This document shows, in pieces, positions 50,901 to 63,799 of a stretch of 64,000 nucleotides of DNA. The stretch lies in assembly GCA_011109175.1 (NCBI GenBank), contig RDEW01000017.1, positions 248,001-312,000 on the forward strand. The letters are read 5' to 3'. The stretch comes from Dicyema japonicum (Eukaryota; Animalia; Dicyemida). Numbering within the stretch: position 1 is the first letter of the stretch; every line of letters begins with the position of its first letter. Both the position numbers and the translations under genes were made by a program. Below the pieces are notes generated by a model. The model was not told where the DNA came from. It made no database searches and worked only from the letters and a program-made list of their open reading frames with translations.

Positions 50901-51829
50901 TTTCCTCCTCTAGAATTTAGCTTTTCAATTCATTCCGGTAGAAAACCCTGCATCTTCTTCTCTCTTATGAAAAAGCATTAATTGATACTTTCCTTTCAGA
51001 GGAGTCGTCCAGAAATAACAACCTAGGTTTCCTACATTTTGTGAAAAACCAGGAAATTTCATGAAAACCCAAATCCCCATGCAAAAGAATCCTGATCGAG
51101 TTTTTTAAGCACTCGTAGAGGCACCACGCGAGGAAAATACTTAAAAATTAGAAACTGAGATCACTCAATTTGTTTTTGTTTAACTACCGATCAGTAACTG
51201 CTAATTAATTATCAGTTAACTGTTGTGATGTTGGTTGAATATTTGAACTCCTTTACAAGCCCACGTGGAGAAAATTGGACAATAGGAACCATTCCTGTCT
51301 CATCGACGAGTACAGAGCGAACCACCTTCAATTTCCCTGCCGCAATGATTCGTATTGATTTCTGATTTTGTCAATTGATTTTGTCTACTAACCTCTAGTT
51401 TCAGTCGCTAAGAGACATGGGGTAAGTAAATGAAGTGTTTCTCCCATAAATAACAAGTACGACAAGAGGCCCACATCTCTATAATCGCTTCTAAAAACAA
51501 AGTGGCACAGAAATGCGTTGGAAATTTGTCAACAAACGGTTCTATAAGACAATATGAACAGAATCGGACGATCGATTTGCCGCCGTGCCCATCCTGTCTT
51601 CTAGAGGACCACAAGACCACCTCTACTCTTGTCTTGGCCCGATATATCTGACTAATCTTTAGTAGCGTTTACTTTTCTGTTAGTCACATGCTTCCTTCAT
51701 TTGAAGTGACTGGGGGGTAAATAGTTCTCTACAAGTGTTACCTCTTTCTTTCCACTGTTCTTTCTCTTCTATTGTTATACAGCCGTCATATGATTCACCT
51801 ATCTCAGATGCTTGGAAAGCCAGGACAGC

Positions 51830-52080
51830 ACAAAAAAAAGAATCTTTCTCTCCCCATTGGGTCATTCCTTGGAGGGATATCCAATCGAAAGAACTGAACG
51901 TTCACTTGGTTCTTCTTTTGTTGGAAAGTGGCCACCCCCATCTAAATAAGTGCCGTTCTATTTTTTGCTGCTTCTGGGTGGACTTGTGTAATATTGGAAG
52001 TTCTCTTTTTCCATGACAGTGGAAACTGAATACACTTAATAAGTCCTTAACTTCTTTTTCGGTGTATCCAGGCAAACTAG
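51830..52080 (+). mobile_element. SINE family B, old copy
   Basis: gtggaaactgaatacacttaata..cttaacttctttttcggtgtatcc tail. Confidence 0.6.
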
Positions 52081-52149
52081 AGAAAATCTCTTCATGAAGT
52101 ATTGCCTCGTCCAAATAGTGGGGGAAAGTAAATTTTGTATTATTTACTT

Positions 52150-52320
52150 ACCCCCGATCCCTTCAAACGAAGGAAACTAGTGACTAATCGAAACGTAATA
52201 GCCAAAAACATCATTCCAAGATGTTCCACCAAGTCGGCCGTGCCAGGGGCCAAGCACACCAGAAGCCTCCACAGAAATCGGATGGAAAAAATCTGCCCAC
52301 CATCCTTTGTATTTCATCCT
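52150..52320 (-). mobile_element. CRE-like RLE fragment
   Basis: KYKG..FFHPISVEASGVLGP. Confidence 0.65.
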
Positions 52321-52389
52321 CCTAGCATCTTCAGAAACTCCTGATGCTACACATGCCGGAGATTAAAAAAACAAAATGATGATAATTAC

Positions 52390-52996
52390 TAGGGCAGAAA
52401 AATAGGACAATTTTTTAAAACATTTAAAAAATAGAACAATTAGGACATCTTAAAAATTAGGACAATTAATTTTTTTTATTTTTTCAAATTATTTTGTGTT
52501 TTTTGCGTTTAACTGCATATCAAAATTTTATACAACTATTCCATATTTTGTCAAGATATCCAGTTTTTCTTCGTTATCTTGAATAAGAAAAAATTGAATG
52601 GTGTCTATACTTTTTTGGCATTCTGTTTGCCTTTTAACGTTAAGATGTTGATCGATGTAGTATTGTTTAGATGATTTTACTATCTTAGAGCATTTTGGGC
52701 AAATAAATCTCCTTTAGGTGTTCTTGTAAATATTTATGAGTTTTTGGAAATTGCTTTTGAAATTCGTTCTTTATTTATGCCTCTAAGTTCTAGTAGTTTT
52801 AATAATTGAGAAAATACAAACCTGTCATTAAATGAAGACTTATAAAACACAACAAAAAACACGTGTAATTTAAAAAGGAAATTAAAAAATACTAACAAAA
52901 TTAAAAAAAATAATTATGTCATATTTTAGGACAGTTTCATCGTTAAAATAGGACATTGACCTATTTTTTGTCCTAAATACGACAATTTCCGCCCTA
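52390..52996. mobile_element. hAT-type non-autonomous element
   Basis: TIRs TAGGGCAGAAA / TTTCCGCCCTA; subterminal aggaca repeats; TSD ataattac / atatttac (7 of 8). Confidence 0.8.
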
Positions 52997-54029
52997 ATAT
53001 TTACTCAAAGACTATCCACTTATTCTCTCTTTTTAAGCTCAAGAGAAGGACACTGAGCCAAAATGAGGAGGCTGTTTTTGACGCGTCGCCATGTTAAGTA
53101 TTTCTGGATTTTTAACTATTGCGAGTTATTGGCACCTCATGTTGCGATTGCTGCCGAGACAACTGGAACTAGTAGCAGGAAGTCTTTCTTTCCCAAAGAG
53201 GCTGAAACGTCCTGTCACATTCAGAGTCCATAAAAGCCTGTAACTCCTCCAGTCGATTTCTATTTCTATCGTGCGAAGCAACACCGTTAATTATTTCGAC
53301 GGGGGTAAATTTTAAAACTTTGTAAATGCTCTCGCCTCGCACTCCATTAATATTTTTTAGTGGATTTCTTCCAGTTAGATTGAGAATAAATATTTCTTGT
53401 TCTGTCGCTAAGTTGAATATCAATTCCAATCGTACAATTAAAGGAGATATTCTTTGTAAAATACGATTTTTTACTGAGACCGACGCAAACATATATTATT
53501 GACATTCATAATTTTTGGTTAGACGAGATTCGAATAGTGTATCAGAAATTATTTTCCTTTCTTCATAATTTCAGGTGTCTGTCGAGTTAGTCGTCTTGCT
53601 TACACGCTCACGAAAAGGAGGAAGATAAAGGCATCCATAATGAAGAAAACATTCCGTCCTATAGAGGTATGTCACCACCTCAACCTTCTGACCAATTAAC
53701 TACTTGGCTAATTTTCCTTCGACAGTCATCCTTGCTTTATAGTTAGTTGAAAACACTTAGCCATATAAATACTTAGGATTTCGCCTGTGTCACACTCCCT
53801 ACTATCGTTCTACAAAAATTTCCACCAACTTTCCATAATTCAGAAAGTCCTTGCTTTAAATACAATTCTCAATTATTTTCCCAATAGAGATGGGTTACAA
53901 ATGAGAATAAACTAAGTGACCATCGACTAGGGAAAGGTTGCAACCGGAGGAGGGACATCTTGAACCGCTTTCTATAACGGACAACTTTAAGCTCACCTAA
54001 TGAACCTTAAATTTACTTAATTAGTTAAT

Positions 54030-55707
54030 TTATTCAAAAACAAAGGATAAACTAAATAAAGTCACGCCCTCTGTCTCTTAGCAGGGGAGACCCAACCGAC
54101 TTGGCAGAATTCCTTCTTTTACCCCCACCTACATCAGACTTTAAGGTAATGAAATTCGACGATTCAGCGCTTTTCTACCACTCACACAAGCAGGTACCTT
54201 CTGTTCTTCCAAATAATCATTAAAAATCTCCAATGTGTACTTATAAATGTCTTCATCAGAGGAGTTGAAGAAAAGAGCGTTTGTGAACATTAACATAATC
54301 TCCTGTTGAAAGTGCAGCGAATCCGTTATTATTCCGTTCTCAATCGATCTCCTAAGCAAGGAGAGATCAGTAGGTCTACATACAACCGACTACCACCTTT
54401 TAATCGTCGTCGAGTAGTCAGGAGCCATGTCATCTGTCACTTTATGCATAAACAAATTGGCATATCTAATGTAAACCATACTTCTACTTATGACTCGACA
54501 CAAACTGCCACAAACTCATGAGGCATTTCATCCCAGATCTACTTGAAAACTTGTTTAAAGAAGAATCTAGCCCACGTGCAGAACTGTTTCTCCTGCCTCT
54601 CGATGAATCCCTAGATTTGGTCTCATTCACTTCGATAGCGATTTCCTTATCATCCTCCGTTGATTCCTCCACTACACTTTCCTTAATGTCCGTCATCATT
54701 GAGGACCCAATTGGTTGTACCGATTCGTTCTGTTGTGCCTCTTCTTTAACCACGTGCTCCTCCACGTCCATAGCCTCCAAACAAGAATCGTCTGCTGAGT
54801 CGAGTTTAGTTTCCTGCTCGACAACGTTTTCTCCAGTTAACTGGGGTGTTAACTCATCAACGACACAATCTTCGACTTCCTTTGATAAATCGGGGACCCG
54901 GCATTCAGATCTTCAATAACATCTTCTTCCTGTTTCACAAACTCATTCGATTCTAGTAAAATGTTATTTGAGTCATTTTCAACATCCATGACCTCCTCTA
55001 TGGGTTCTGTTGAGTATCTTTCATCATCTTCCATAGTTCCTTCTCCAGATTGGTCTTCCTTCACCTCTGCATTATCATGGGGGACAAGATCTTCTGTGTC
55101 ATCCCCTCCGATCTGCTCAGTAACTTCAGGCTCACTATTTGTCGAAAGACTCAACAAACTTTTCATCCGGGAGACTCTGTTTTTTATCTTCCACCAATGA
55201 TTGTAGTACGTCGTCCTGTTGAGGTACTTCGCAGTCTTCAACTGGGTCTTCGAATAGCTCAGGGGACCGATCATCCACAAATTTAGATTCTTCAACATTC
55301 TCACTACTAGCACATGACTCAAAGACATCCAAGTTCTCCTTCTCGGTTTCTTTGGAAATTTGGACTTCCTCACTCTGACTATCACTTGCATCGTCGTAGG
55401 TTTTAAAGAACTCAGACATTTCAACTACAACTTTTGATTGAGTAGCCTTTGACGCTTCTTGACATTTTTCTGACTCAGAAAGAGGAGAATGGACTTGACC
55501 CTTACTGAATGATGACTATCTTCCAATTACCTCTTAAGCCGATTCCATATATCATCGACATATTGATCCGATACCTCACCCTTCTCGATGCTATCCAATT
55601 CCTTCTTCAATTTGCTTGCATTACACGAATTAAAGGTACAGTAACTCATCCTTCTGCATCTCACAGGTTTTTTCAAGCTCATTTATATCTGACATTGACT
55701 CCGACAT
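54030..55707 (-). CDS. BRD8: Bromodomain-containing protein 8-like (NuA4/TIP60 subunit)
   Basis: N-terminal KLKKELDSIEKG coiled coil, long acidic middle, CLMSLWQFVSSH..HKVTDDMAPDY..SIENGII..FQQEIMLMFTNALFFNSSD; 3' end approximate. Confidence 0.88.
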
Positions 55708-55999
55708 TTAACAAGACAAAATTTCTACAGGTTAATTTTTTAAATAAAATAAAGTTAAATCGTCGATTAATTTAACAATTATTAATTTCAAAGCACATTA
55801 AAGTTCGAAAAAAATTATAAATTGTATATAGTTAAACCGATTTACCTTATTATGGAATAGTTGTTATGTCAGTGTTAGCGTGGCGTCAGGTGGTTCCCAT
55901 TTCCCTTATTTTGGAATAGTTTTTATGTTCCCGCTAATTTTATAGAACGTCTCATACGACTTCCATGGTGATCATAATCCAATTATACTAAAGTTGTGC

Positions 56000-56950
56000 C
56001 GATTCAAAAGCCCACATAGGAACAAAGTAACCTTCAAGAACTATAAGAAGACTGGCCAAATTTCAAGCTATTTATTAACCGTAGCCTAATGGGATTTGAT
56101 CCTTGCACATTTGATTCCATCGACACGTCAGTGGATCATATAAACCGTGTAATCCCTAGAACAGTATATAAATGCTACAAGACTACGTTCGGATCCAAAA
56201 TTCGTTCCCTTTGAAGAAGAGGAACTCTGAAATATTAAAGAAGCTAACAACTTGATTAAGGAACTCAAATATCATACCTGTCTTAAAACCAGGAAAACGG
56301 AAATCCTCACCTTCATCTTACCGCCCGATATCCCTAACTTGTGCCCTATCGCGTCTCGTGGAAAAACTCGTGCTTTAGAAAATTAAACCTCATTTGCCCT
56401 TTTGTCACCAACAAGGATTCAGATCGGAACGTTCTACAACAACACACTTAACTTCCTTGACACAATTTATCTCGGAAGGCTTCAACGATCCCAAACGGCA
56501 TCTACGGACAGTATTATTCTAGTTAGACTTTCAAAAGGCGTTTGATTTAGTCCCGAGAATCTTAATATCGAAAAAGGTCTTCAACATCATCCGATTTTAA
56601 AACGATGGATAGCCAAATTTCTTACGAACATCCAGAATACTGGGAGTGACCCTGCTGGACCCCTACTCTCTTTCTCCCAACATGTGAAGGACGTTCTGGC
56701 AAGGGGGCCTCCGCAAAATCAATGTATCGAAACCTTTTTAAACTCCAGGACCCAACCATAACAGGAATATGCTACCGTATTATACTACCAGTTCTTGAAG
56801 CCGACTGTGGAGTATGCCTGTTCCTGCTGGGTTTACGGAATTTCAAACTTCTACAGGATAAATTACCTAAGAGCAAATGGTCCACTCATTTATTCCCCAT
56901 TACTTGACAACGCGGTAATCTAGAATAATGGTTCCTGCCTCATTACTTCT
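56000..56950 (+). mobile_element. Degenerate CR1/L2-like LINE
   Basis: LDFQKAFDLV, WIAKFLT, IILPVLE remnants. Confidence 0.65.
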
Positions 56951-56999
56951 AATCAGCGATAGAAGCCGCAGGTACACGTAAATTGGAAAAAAAGCCAAC

Positions 57000-57560
57000 G
57001 CCTCTCTAAATTCTCAGAAAAGCTGTTGGTAGTATGAAGGAGGGAAATAAGTTGCATCTACTCGCTACAAATGTAGGCAGTTGTCTCCACGAGCAGGTGA
57101 CCCACATGAAAACCTCTGGGAGTGTCCGTTCAGGATGTAAAGTTCTTGTTAGTCACCGGCTTCCTTCACTCAAAGGAACCGGGGTAAATACTTCGGTTAC
57201 TATTGCTTTCTTTTCCGATGTAAATAAATTAAATGTCCCTTATTCTGCAGTATCGAAGATTCTAGAAAGAATGTATCCAAGCAAAATATCCTACCACCTC
57301 AACCTTTCAAAATCAAACATGGATGTTATCCTATCTAAAACCCTACCACTCCATTTTTTATAGGAACGGTTTCAGCAATTCTCTCTCATGATTCAACTGT
57401 CCTGGTTTACATTGAACTAATAGAGCAGCTGACCGAATTTACCACGTGGTTTACTTAGGAACAGAAATCACAATTTTTTTTAAATCAACGTAGAAAGGAT
57501 AACTTAGCGATTAAGATATCAAACAAATGGCAACGCTTATTAAGTTCTATTACACCAACA
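57000..57560 (+). mobile_element. Possible Penelope-like fragment
   Basis: KLNVPYSAVSKILER resembles the PLE linker. Confidence 0.3.
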
Positions 57561-57589
57561 GGCTACTCTGTATGGGAATTCTCGTCCTT

Positions 57590-57835
57590 TTCTTTGTTTT
57601 TTCTTCTCATTCCTTTGTTAGCGTGGTTTCATGTGATCCACATGTTTCAGAAGGCCCCAGCACCAGAACAGAGTCAAAATGATCATTTTTTCTCCCTCAT
57701 TCAATTCTACTATTTTGGAGGGTTAACAAAATTGTTACTGTGTGCATGGAAGAGCTTGTCTCTCAGCGACCATGGGAACTGGATACACTTGATTGGTTGT
57801 CAAGTGTAAGCTCCATGTATCCCGGCTGACAACCT
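57590..57835 (+). mobile_element. SINE family B
   Basis: gtggtttcatgtgatcc..tgatca core and ctggatacacttgattggttg..tgtatccc tail. Confidence 0.75.
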
Positions 57836-57930
57836 AACCTAAAAAAGTGAAGGCAAATTTTAAATTAAAATAAAAAATATGCAAAAAAGTTATTAAAATG
57901 TAAATTTATTCACCAAATTATTCAAAAAAT

Positions 57931-59526
57931 TCAATTTCCTAGTAAAAAATTTGATGATTTCCCAGGACATGAATTTTCCAGAATGGATGCAATGAGAACA
58001 TTAGAATTGCTGACACATCCACCAATCTAGGTTACCAACACGATTCTTACAAAGTAGGCATAGCTTCCCAGTTCAGCAGACCTGACTTTCTCACAATTTT
58101 TTATCTGAATAGAAAGTCGATGGGACAGAAAATCTTCAAAATTAGACACTGAGGCCGTCTAGGATGAATCAAAGGAACAAACAGTGAAATACGAATTGTA
58201 GGTCGGGGACCACAGTGAAATGTCAACTCTCTCAGTCTCCGTCCTATCCAAGTTAACAGCAGACCGTCGTACAACACTTAAGTAAGCAAAAATTTCACCG
58301 GAAAGGCACAGGCACGTGCTTCTTGTAAAACTGAGTAATTTTCTCAACGAAAAAGTTGAATGATCGGTATGCCGACATCTTATCAGTTTCTACCATCAAA
58401 AATGGAGACTCCAGTTAATAAAATAGCTACCTTGGAGTCTGAATGGTATCATATAGTCCATAACGTCCCACTGAGTCCTCTTTGGCTGGAAATCCGTGTA
58501 CAAACGAGGTCCCATAGGCTCCAATGCTGAAAGGAAGACTATCTGAATGAATATCCATTCTCGTGAGATAAGCTGTAGGGGTAATTAGTACCCTTACCCA
58601 GAAGACTGAACAGAGACACTCCCGGGAACGCGAGAGATGCCCCAGATTGTGTAAGCGTAATGAATTTGGACATGTCAGTTACGTCGAATTCGCAGGCATC
58701 CTTCAATGTTGAGAAACGGCTACCAAAAGGGACATTTTGGTGATCGAAGGCACACACATTAAGCACGTGTTTGTTGACTTAAAGTGGTTCAGAACCAATC
58801 GTCTAATGGACCTATCTAGTTGAGCGGCGCAGCCGGAAAGAAAGAAGCTGTTAGGAGAAACTCGAGGCTGAAATTTGACCTCCTCAAAGTCGAGGTGGCT
58901 TCTTTGTCCTGTCTGTTCCTTCAGATAACAGTTCACCTCCTCGATTATAACGTCTTCGTCCTGGATTATATTTTTAAAAACAGGTGTATTAGGAGACAGC
59001 TTATTGGGGACAAGTCGAAGCATCTCGTAGTACCTTGAACGGGAAGATGCTAAGTCTTCCTGGGATGAGTAAATTCAAACTTTGCAAGTTTTGTAGGACT
59101 TTTTAATTTTCTGTCCGTGTTGGATGAGTTGGGCTTTCTCAGACTTTTCGTTCATTACGGCTAGCTAAAGTAAATTTATCATAAACTCTGCCTCTGACCA
59201 ACTGTTCGATCAAGTCATTTACGATGTTTCTGTCGATAATCACGTCGAGCAAGCGGGAGTTTGAATTCTTATATTCTTCTCGCAGATTTAGCTGAGTTTT
59301 ACCACATCAATACCAGTGAATCGTAGTCTATCTTCATCTTCCTGCGTCTAATATTCTCTTTCACCACATCACCATTGTCGAATATATAATTGTTGTTATA
59401 AGATGGTCGAATTACCACTCCCGCCTGACCAGTCACCACATTTACGGTAGATTTGAATCTTCGAACTGTTTTATTCATACACGGAACCCCACTTCGTTTT
59501 CTATTTTTTAATTTCAAATGTTTCAT
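57931..59526 (-). CDS. Mitochondrial seryl-tRNA synthetase-like pseudoenzyme (SLIMP-like)
   Basis: Spliced product collinear with SerRS2: KENIRRRK, YYEMLRLVPNKLSPNTP, RSHLDF..SFFLSGCAAQL, GVSLFSLLAY..SLPF, GLYDTIQ, VDISLWSP..SVSNFEDFLSHRL, VLIASILEN; catalytic motifs altered. Confidence 0.8.
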
Positions 59527-59899
59527 GTGTTTTTATTTGAAATTATAAACTGCAATTTATTTATTTATTTTTACTCCCGGTTTCTTCAAGTGGAGGAAAT
59601 CAGTGGCTAACTGGAAAGTAAATGCCAAAGACGGACGTTCCTAGAGAGCCGACAGGTACATCTGATGTGACATAGAAATTGAAGGTGGACCAGGACAAGA
59701 GAAGAGGTTTTCTAGAAGACAGAAAAGGCATGGTGGAAGCCGATCGTCGGAGTCTGCTTGTATAGTCTTGCAAACCGTATGCTGACACCATTGGAGGCGC
59801 GCCAAGTGGACACGAACTTCCCTGAGTAGGAAAACTGCTTCCATTAGACATCAGAAGGTAGACGTCCCAGAAGCTTGTTGATACCAAGGTTTTTGATGG

Positions 59900-60120
59900 C
59901 ATTAATGAAAACCCATTCGAGGATTGTTTTGAGGAGTGACTAAGTGGGGTCTTCGTTTTAAAAAATGGCGATATGTGATAACCTGTTTCATGTGTCACGA
60001 TGAAAGAACGTTTGCCCATCCACTCCACTGGAGCGGTTTCACCAACGGAAGGACTGATTATTGTCTTCTTTTTCCGCTGTTATTTGTTAACTTGTGTCTG
60101 CTATTTGAAGATCTCTCTGA
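59900..60120 (+). mobile_element. SINE family B, old copy
   Basis: cccatccactccactggagcggtttc core hairpin. Confidence 0.5.
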
Positions 60121-60249
60121 CCAATGGGACTAGATGCTGGCGCCTTCTCTACCTTGCACCTCTTGTCCTCGGATCACATCCCACCGAACTGAAAGAAGGG
60201 AACCTCAAATAAATCATCAAGAGAAATGACTCTAAATAGAAACTGTTGA

Positions 60250-61240
60250 CCTGGCGACTCCACTGGGAAGTCTTTCGATTGGTGATCATTCGCCACCATC
60301 ATCCAGGATCAAGAAAGACAAAGAAGAGAATAAGAAGATCATGGTCGGGAGCATTCAGGGAGACCTCCACACGCTCTCCAGTAACGACAAGGTGGCTTCT
60401 ACCAACTAAAGAAACTCTCGAGCTAATCATCCAAAAACATCCACCCGCCCTGTCAGATCTACGCAAGAGAGAAATTGGGGAGGACATTCCAAATTTGGCA
60501 ACCACCACAGGAGATATAAGATCTGATATCCTTACAGACCACATTCTTCGGGCTGATATCTCCGACTATGCCAGAGGACATCTTTTTCAATAAAACTGAT
60601 CGACTTCAGAAAGCCTTGTGGTGGGTTAAGACCAATCGCTATAGGCAACGTATTCAGGCGCCTGACGGCGAAAATTGCTGCCAGAGCAGCAAGCAAGATC
60701 CAAACTGCGCCCTACCCAACTTGGGTTGGAATTCTTCATGGATGCGAAGCAGTAATCCAATTAATCCGAAACTTCGTTGCCAGTCCGCCAGACACTATGA
60801 ATGCTATAATAGTCAAACTGGACATCCCCAATGTTTTCAATAGCATTCGCAGAGATAGAATCACAGGATCCCAGAAATTAGCAGAATTGTGAAACTCTCA
60901 TATGGTTCCCAATGCACGCTGATCTTCTGACAACACATCATCGAATCCAAGATTGGAGTCCAACAAGGCGACCCTTTGCCTCCATACTCTTTGCCTTGGG
61001 CATTGATTGTGTAGCATTTGACATATGCCACCATTGGTCTCATAGGCAGACATTAACGGATCGGACGCTGAACCCAGGCTCTGCTTCGGAGAAGGCTGAG
61101 ACTCTAAAGATGAAGAAATACGTTTGTCTCGGTGTACAGTTCATTTTTAAATCAGTCGCTGTGGAAACTTCAAGAATCATAGGAAGCAGGTCACAAATCG
61201 TCAGGGGAAATGCTTTCCCAATTATGAGACCACCTAGTAG
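60250..61240 (+). mobile_element. CRE-like non-LTR element, internally deleted
   Basis: IIQKHPP, LDIPNVFNSIRRD, ESKIGVQQGDPL, KMKKY..FKSVAVETS..IVRGNAF. Confidence 0.85.
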
Positions 61241-61299
61241 CTGTCAACTGTTAGTTTTTGGATAAATTGTTATTATTGAAAAAGTCATGTATTTCGAAA

Positions 61300-62350
61300 A
61301 AAAATTTAAAAAACCATGTATAAACACTAAAAGTATTGGGAGTCACTTTGACAATGTTATTCACACGCTTCTTGGGCAATAAAGAGGATCATTCATCTTG
61401 TCGCTAGGTCCCCTATACACCAATTTTATAGAAACAACTATTCTCTACGGTTTCCTCGAATAGGAACAAATCTAGCAAAAAACCTAAATAAAGTCCCAGG
61501 CTTCCATTCAATTCATACTAAAACTCAGCAGTTTTCTAGTTCTGTTACGAGATTAATTATATTCGAGGTGTTCCTAGACAACATTCATCATCCATTATCA
61601 CGTTCATCCGCCAGTGACAAGAAGACATGGAGAGTTCGTGGAATACAACGCGAAAAGTGAGGAGGCTATTAAAAGAGGCTAAGATCACTTAATATCACAG
61701 TTTCTTGTAAGAGGATTCATTGGTCATCAAGCATTTTAGAGTAACACAAATTTTATTGGAGTCATAGTAATAATTAATTAAGTTTAGTGCACAAACCCCC
61801 ACCTGCAGCTTGTATCAGAGACTCTACCTTCAAGTTATTGTGCGACAATTGAAATATACCTGTTCTGCCTGGAGATTTGCCCTTCCCTCTTCGAGGATCG
61901 ATCTATAAACTCTTTCAGGCGTAAAAACTACACGGCTCATGCAAGCCGACACTTCATCCATCCAGTCTCCATTCTGAGGAGGCGGCGGTGAGAAATGGCT
62001 AGGATTTCTTACGTTTCTGCAAAGAGCTAGGAAACTCATTCAGAGAAAAGTGGTTTATGCAGAGGAATTCCGATCGACCATAGAGAAGTGCACCCCGATA
62101 GAATTACACAAAAGAAGACACTTCCGGAGGGCAGTTGGTCGTTGGCGGAACATTCAAGGAGAGTTCGGAAGATATTGGAGGCTGTGGCACGTGCAACACG
62201 GGGTCATTCTCCATCTCTTTCTAACACACTTCCAAATTCTTTAAAATTTTTTTGTTCAGGACAACTGGGAGAGTGATTCTTGATCATCCAAGGAATCGAA
62301 GGGCGACAGCGGTGAAGTAGCACTCCATGTAAACTTTAAAAGTCAGTAAA
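61300..62350 (-). CDS. Unidentified multi-exon gene
   Basis: Stop-poor stretches (VARATASNIFRTLLEC, NGDWMDEVSACMSRVVF, LGLYLGFLLDLFLFEE) separated by micro-intron-like segments. Confidence 0.4.
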
Positions 62351-62367
62351 AATAATTCACCTTTACA

Positions 62368-63671
62368 CTAAAGAATTTGAGGCCGACTAACTAGACGATC
62401 CCAGCTTCTAACAATTTCCAAATTACCCTCAATGACCCCCCCGTCTACCAGAAGCGCCTCGGTCCCTACCTTACCCTCACATGCAAATTTAATTTTTCCC
62501 ACTGTGGGATCATTTTGTGAATCAGGAACAGCACATTGGTAAAACCCCCATATTAGTGTCTTCAACAAATGGAGGATCTTTAAAATAAACTCCGACACAC
62601 ATAACTCATAAAATAACATTTCATAAAAATCAAAACATATGTCACCAACACACCCCCAACAGATACAGTAATGCTCCAACATCTGCTGTAGTACCTCACT
62701 GTCATCCAAAACTCTCAGTGATCTATTTCTACACTATTAAAGTATATCACACTCCTTCAGCATTCTCCCGCTCAATTTGTCCCAGATTTTGGTCATTATC
62801 AGTCCACTCCATTTCTCAAATCCATTCCTACCAAATCTACCAATAAAAACCCACGTCAACCTGTCCAACTGAGATCCCAAACTTACACAGCTCACTTTGT
62901 CAGGAAGGTTGAGGTATGTCTTAGCCATGTTAGCGAACATTACACCCCCAAAACTGTCAGCCATGTTCACCTCCAATATTAAGGGAAATTACAAGATCAT
63001 AGTTTAGTACCACTAGGGTACCGAAACTGCTAGCCATCCAACGCAGTAGACAATCTGAGGAAGTCAGGTCCATAAAGGTCAGCACGCACTCTGAGAGAAC
63101 GAGAGTGGGGACATTGTAAGAAAATGTTTCAAAATTCTAAATTTATTAGGCAAAAACTTGCAGTTGGTTGACAATTGATTCCAAATTATCCAAATCTTGA
63201 CCAATAAATGAGTACTTCGTTGACTGAAGGAGACCGTTGGAATCCTTACGTGGACTATCTCGTGATTATAGATTATAAGTGAACCCAGTAAGGAGTAGAG
63301 AACTGGCTGTTGCTCAATAACCTTGGTTTTGTTCAAAAGTACAGAATTGAGGTCGATGTCGAAGAGAACAAAGTTTGATATTCCATCTTTGATAAGTCTC
63401 CAGTAAAGAGTGTCAAATCCTGCTCCGATATTTAATATTTGAAACCCCACGTGGACATAATGATTGAAAAAGTTATATGAGTGTTGTTTTATTACAGCAT
63501 GACGGAGAAAATAGCCAATGTTAATCTCCGGAGCTGAAGGTGATCGTTGTTGGTGTGAAAAATACTGCAAGAATTCATCCTGGTAGAAGCCTGCCTTCAC
63601 TGCGATAGTTTGGCAGAAACTGCGTGAGTATTTGTTAACCTCAGAGATTCTTCCCTGTCCCCACCAGACAT
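62368..63671 (-). CDS. LCMT1: Leucine carboxyl methyltransferase 1 (PP2A methylase)
   Basis: SAPEINIGYFLR, QILNIGAGFDTLYWRL, DSFGGVM, LDDSEVLQQMLEHYCICW; one 1-nt indel near 63600; extended C-terminus. Confidence 0.92.
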
Positions 63672-63799
63672 CAAACTGATATCAATAAATTCAGTATATT
63701 TTAAATAATTAAAATTTATAACTAAAAAACCACATTTGCAATTTTTTCGCTCAACCGCCATAGTCATAAATATTTATTGTGGTTAGCATGTCATGTACC

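Noticed and set aside
53169-53492. 107-aa minus-strand ORF
   Set aside because: No homology recognised; lies among repeats.
8170-63610. Frameshifts in conserved genes (AGL about 8180 and 10695; TFIIS about 18785, 18855 and 19443; MRPL23 about 48290; SLIMP about 58780; LCMT1 about 63600) as programmed frameshifting, RNA editing or pseudogenes
   Set aside because: They are +1 and -1 single-base indels, mostly in homopolymer runs, with no shared slippery or stop motif, and the proteins are otherwise intact. Assembly error is the simplest explanation; raw reads would settle it.
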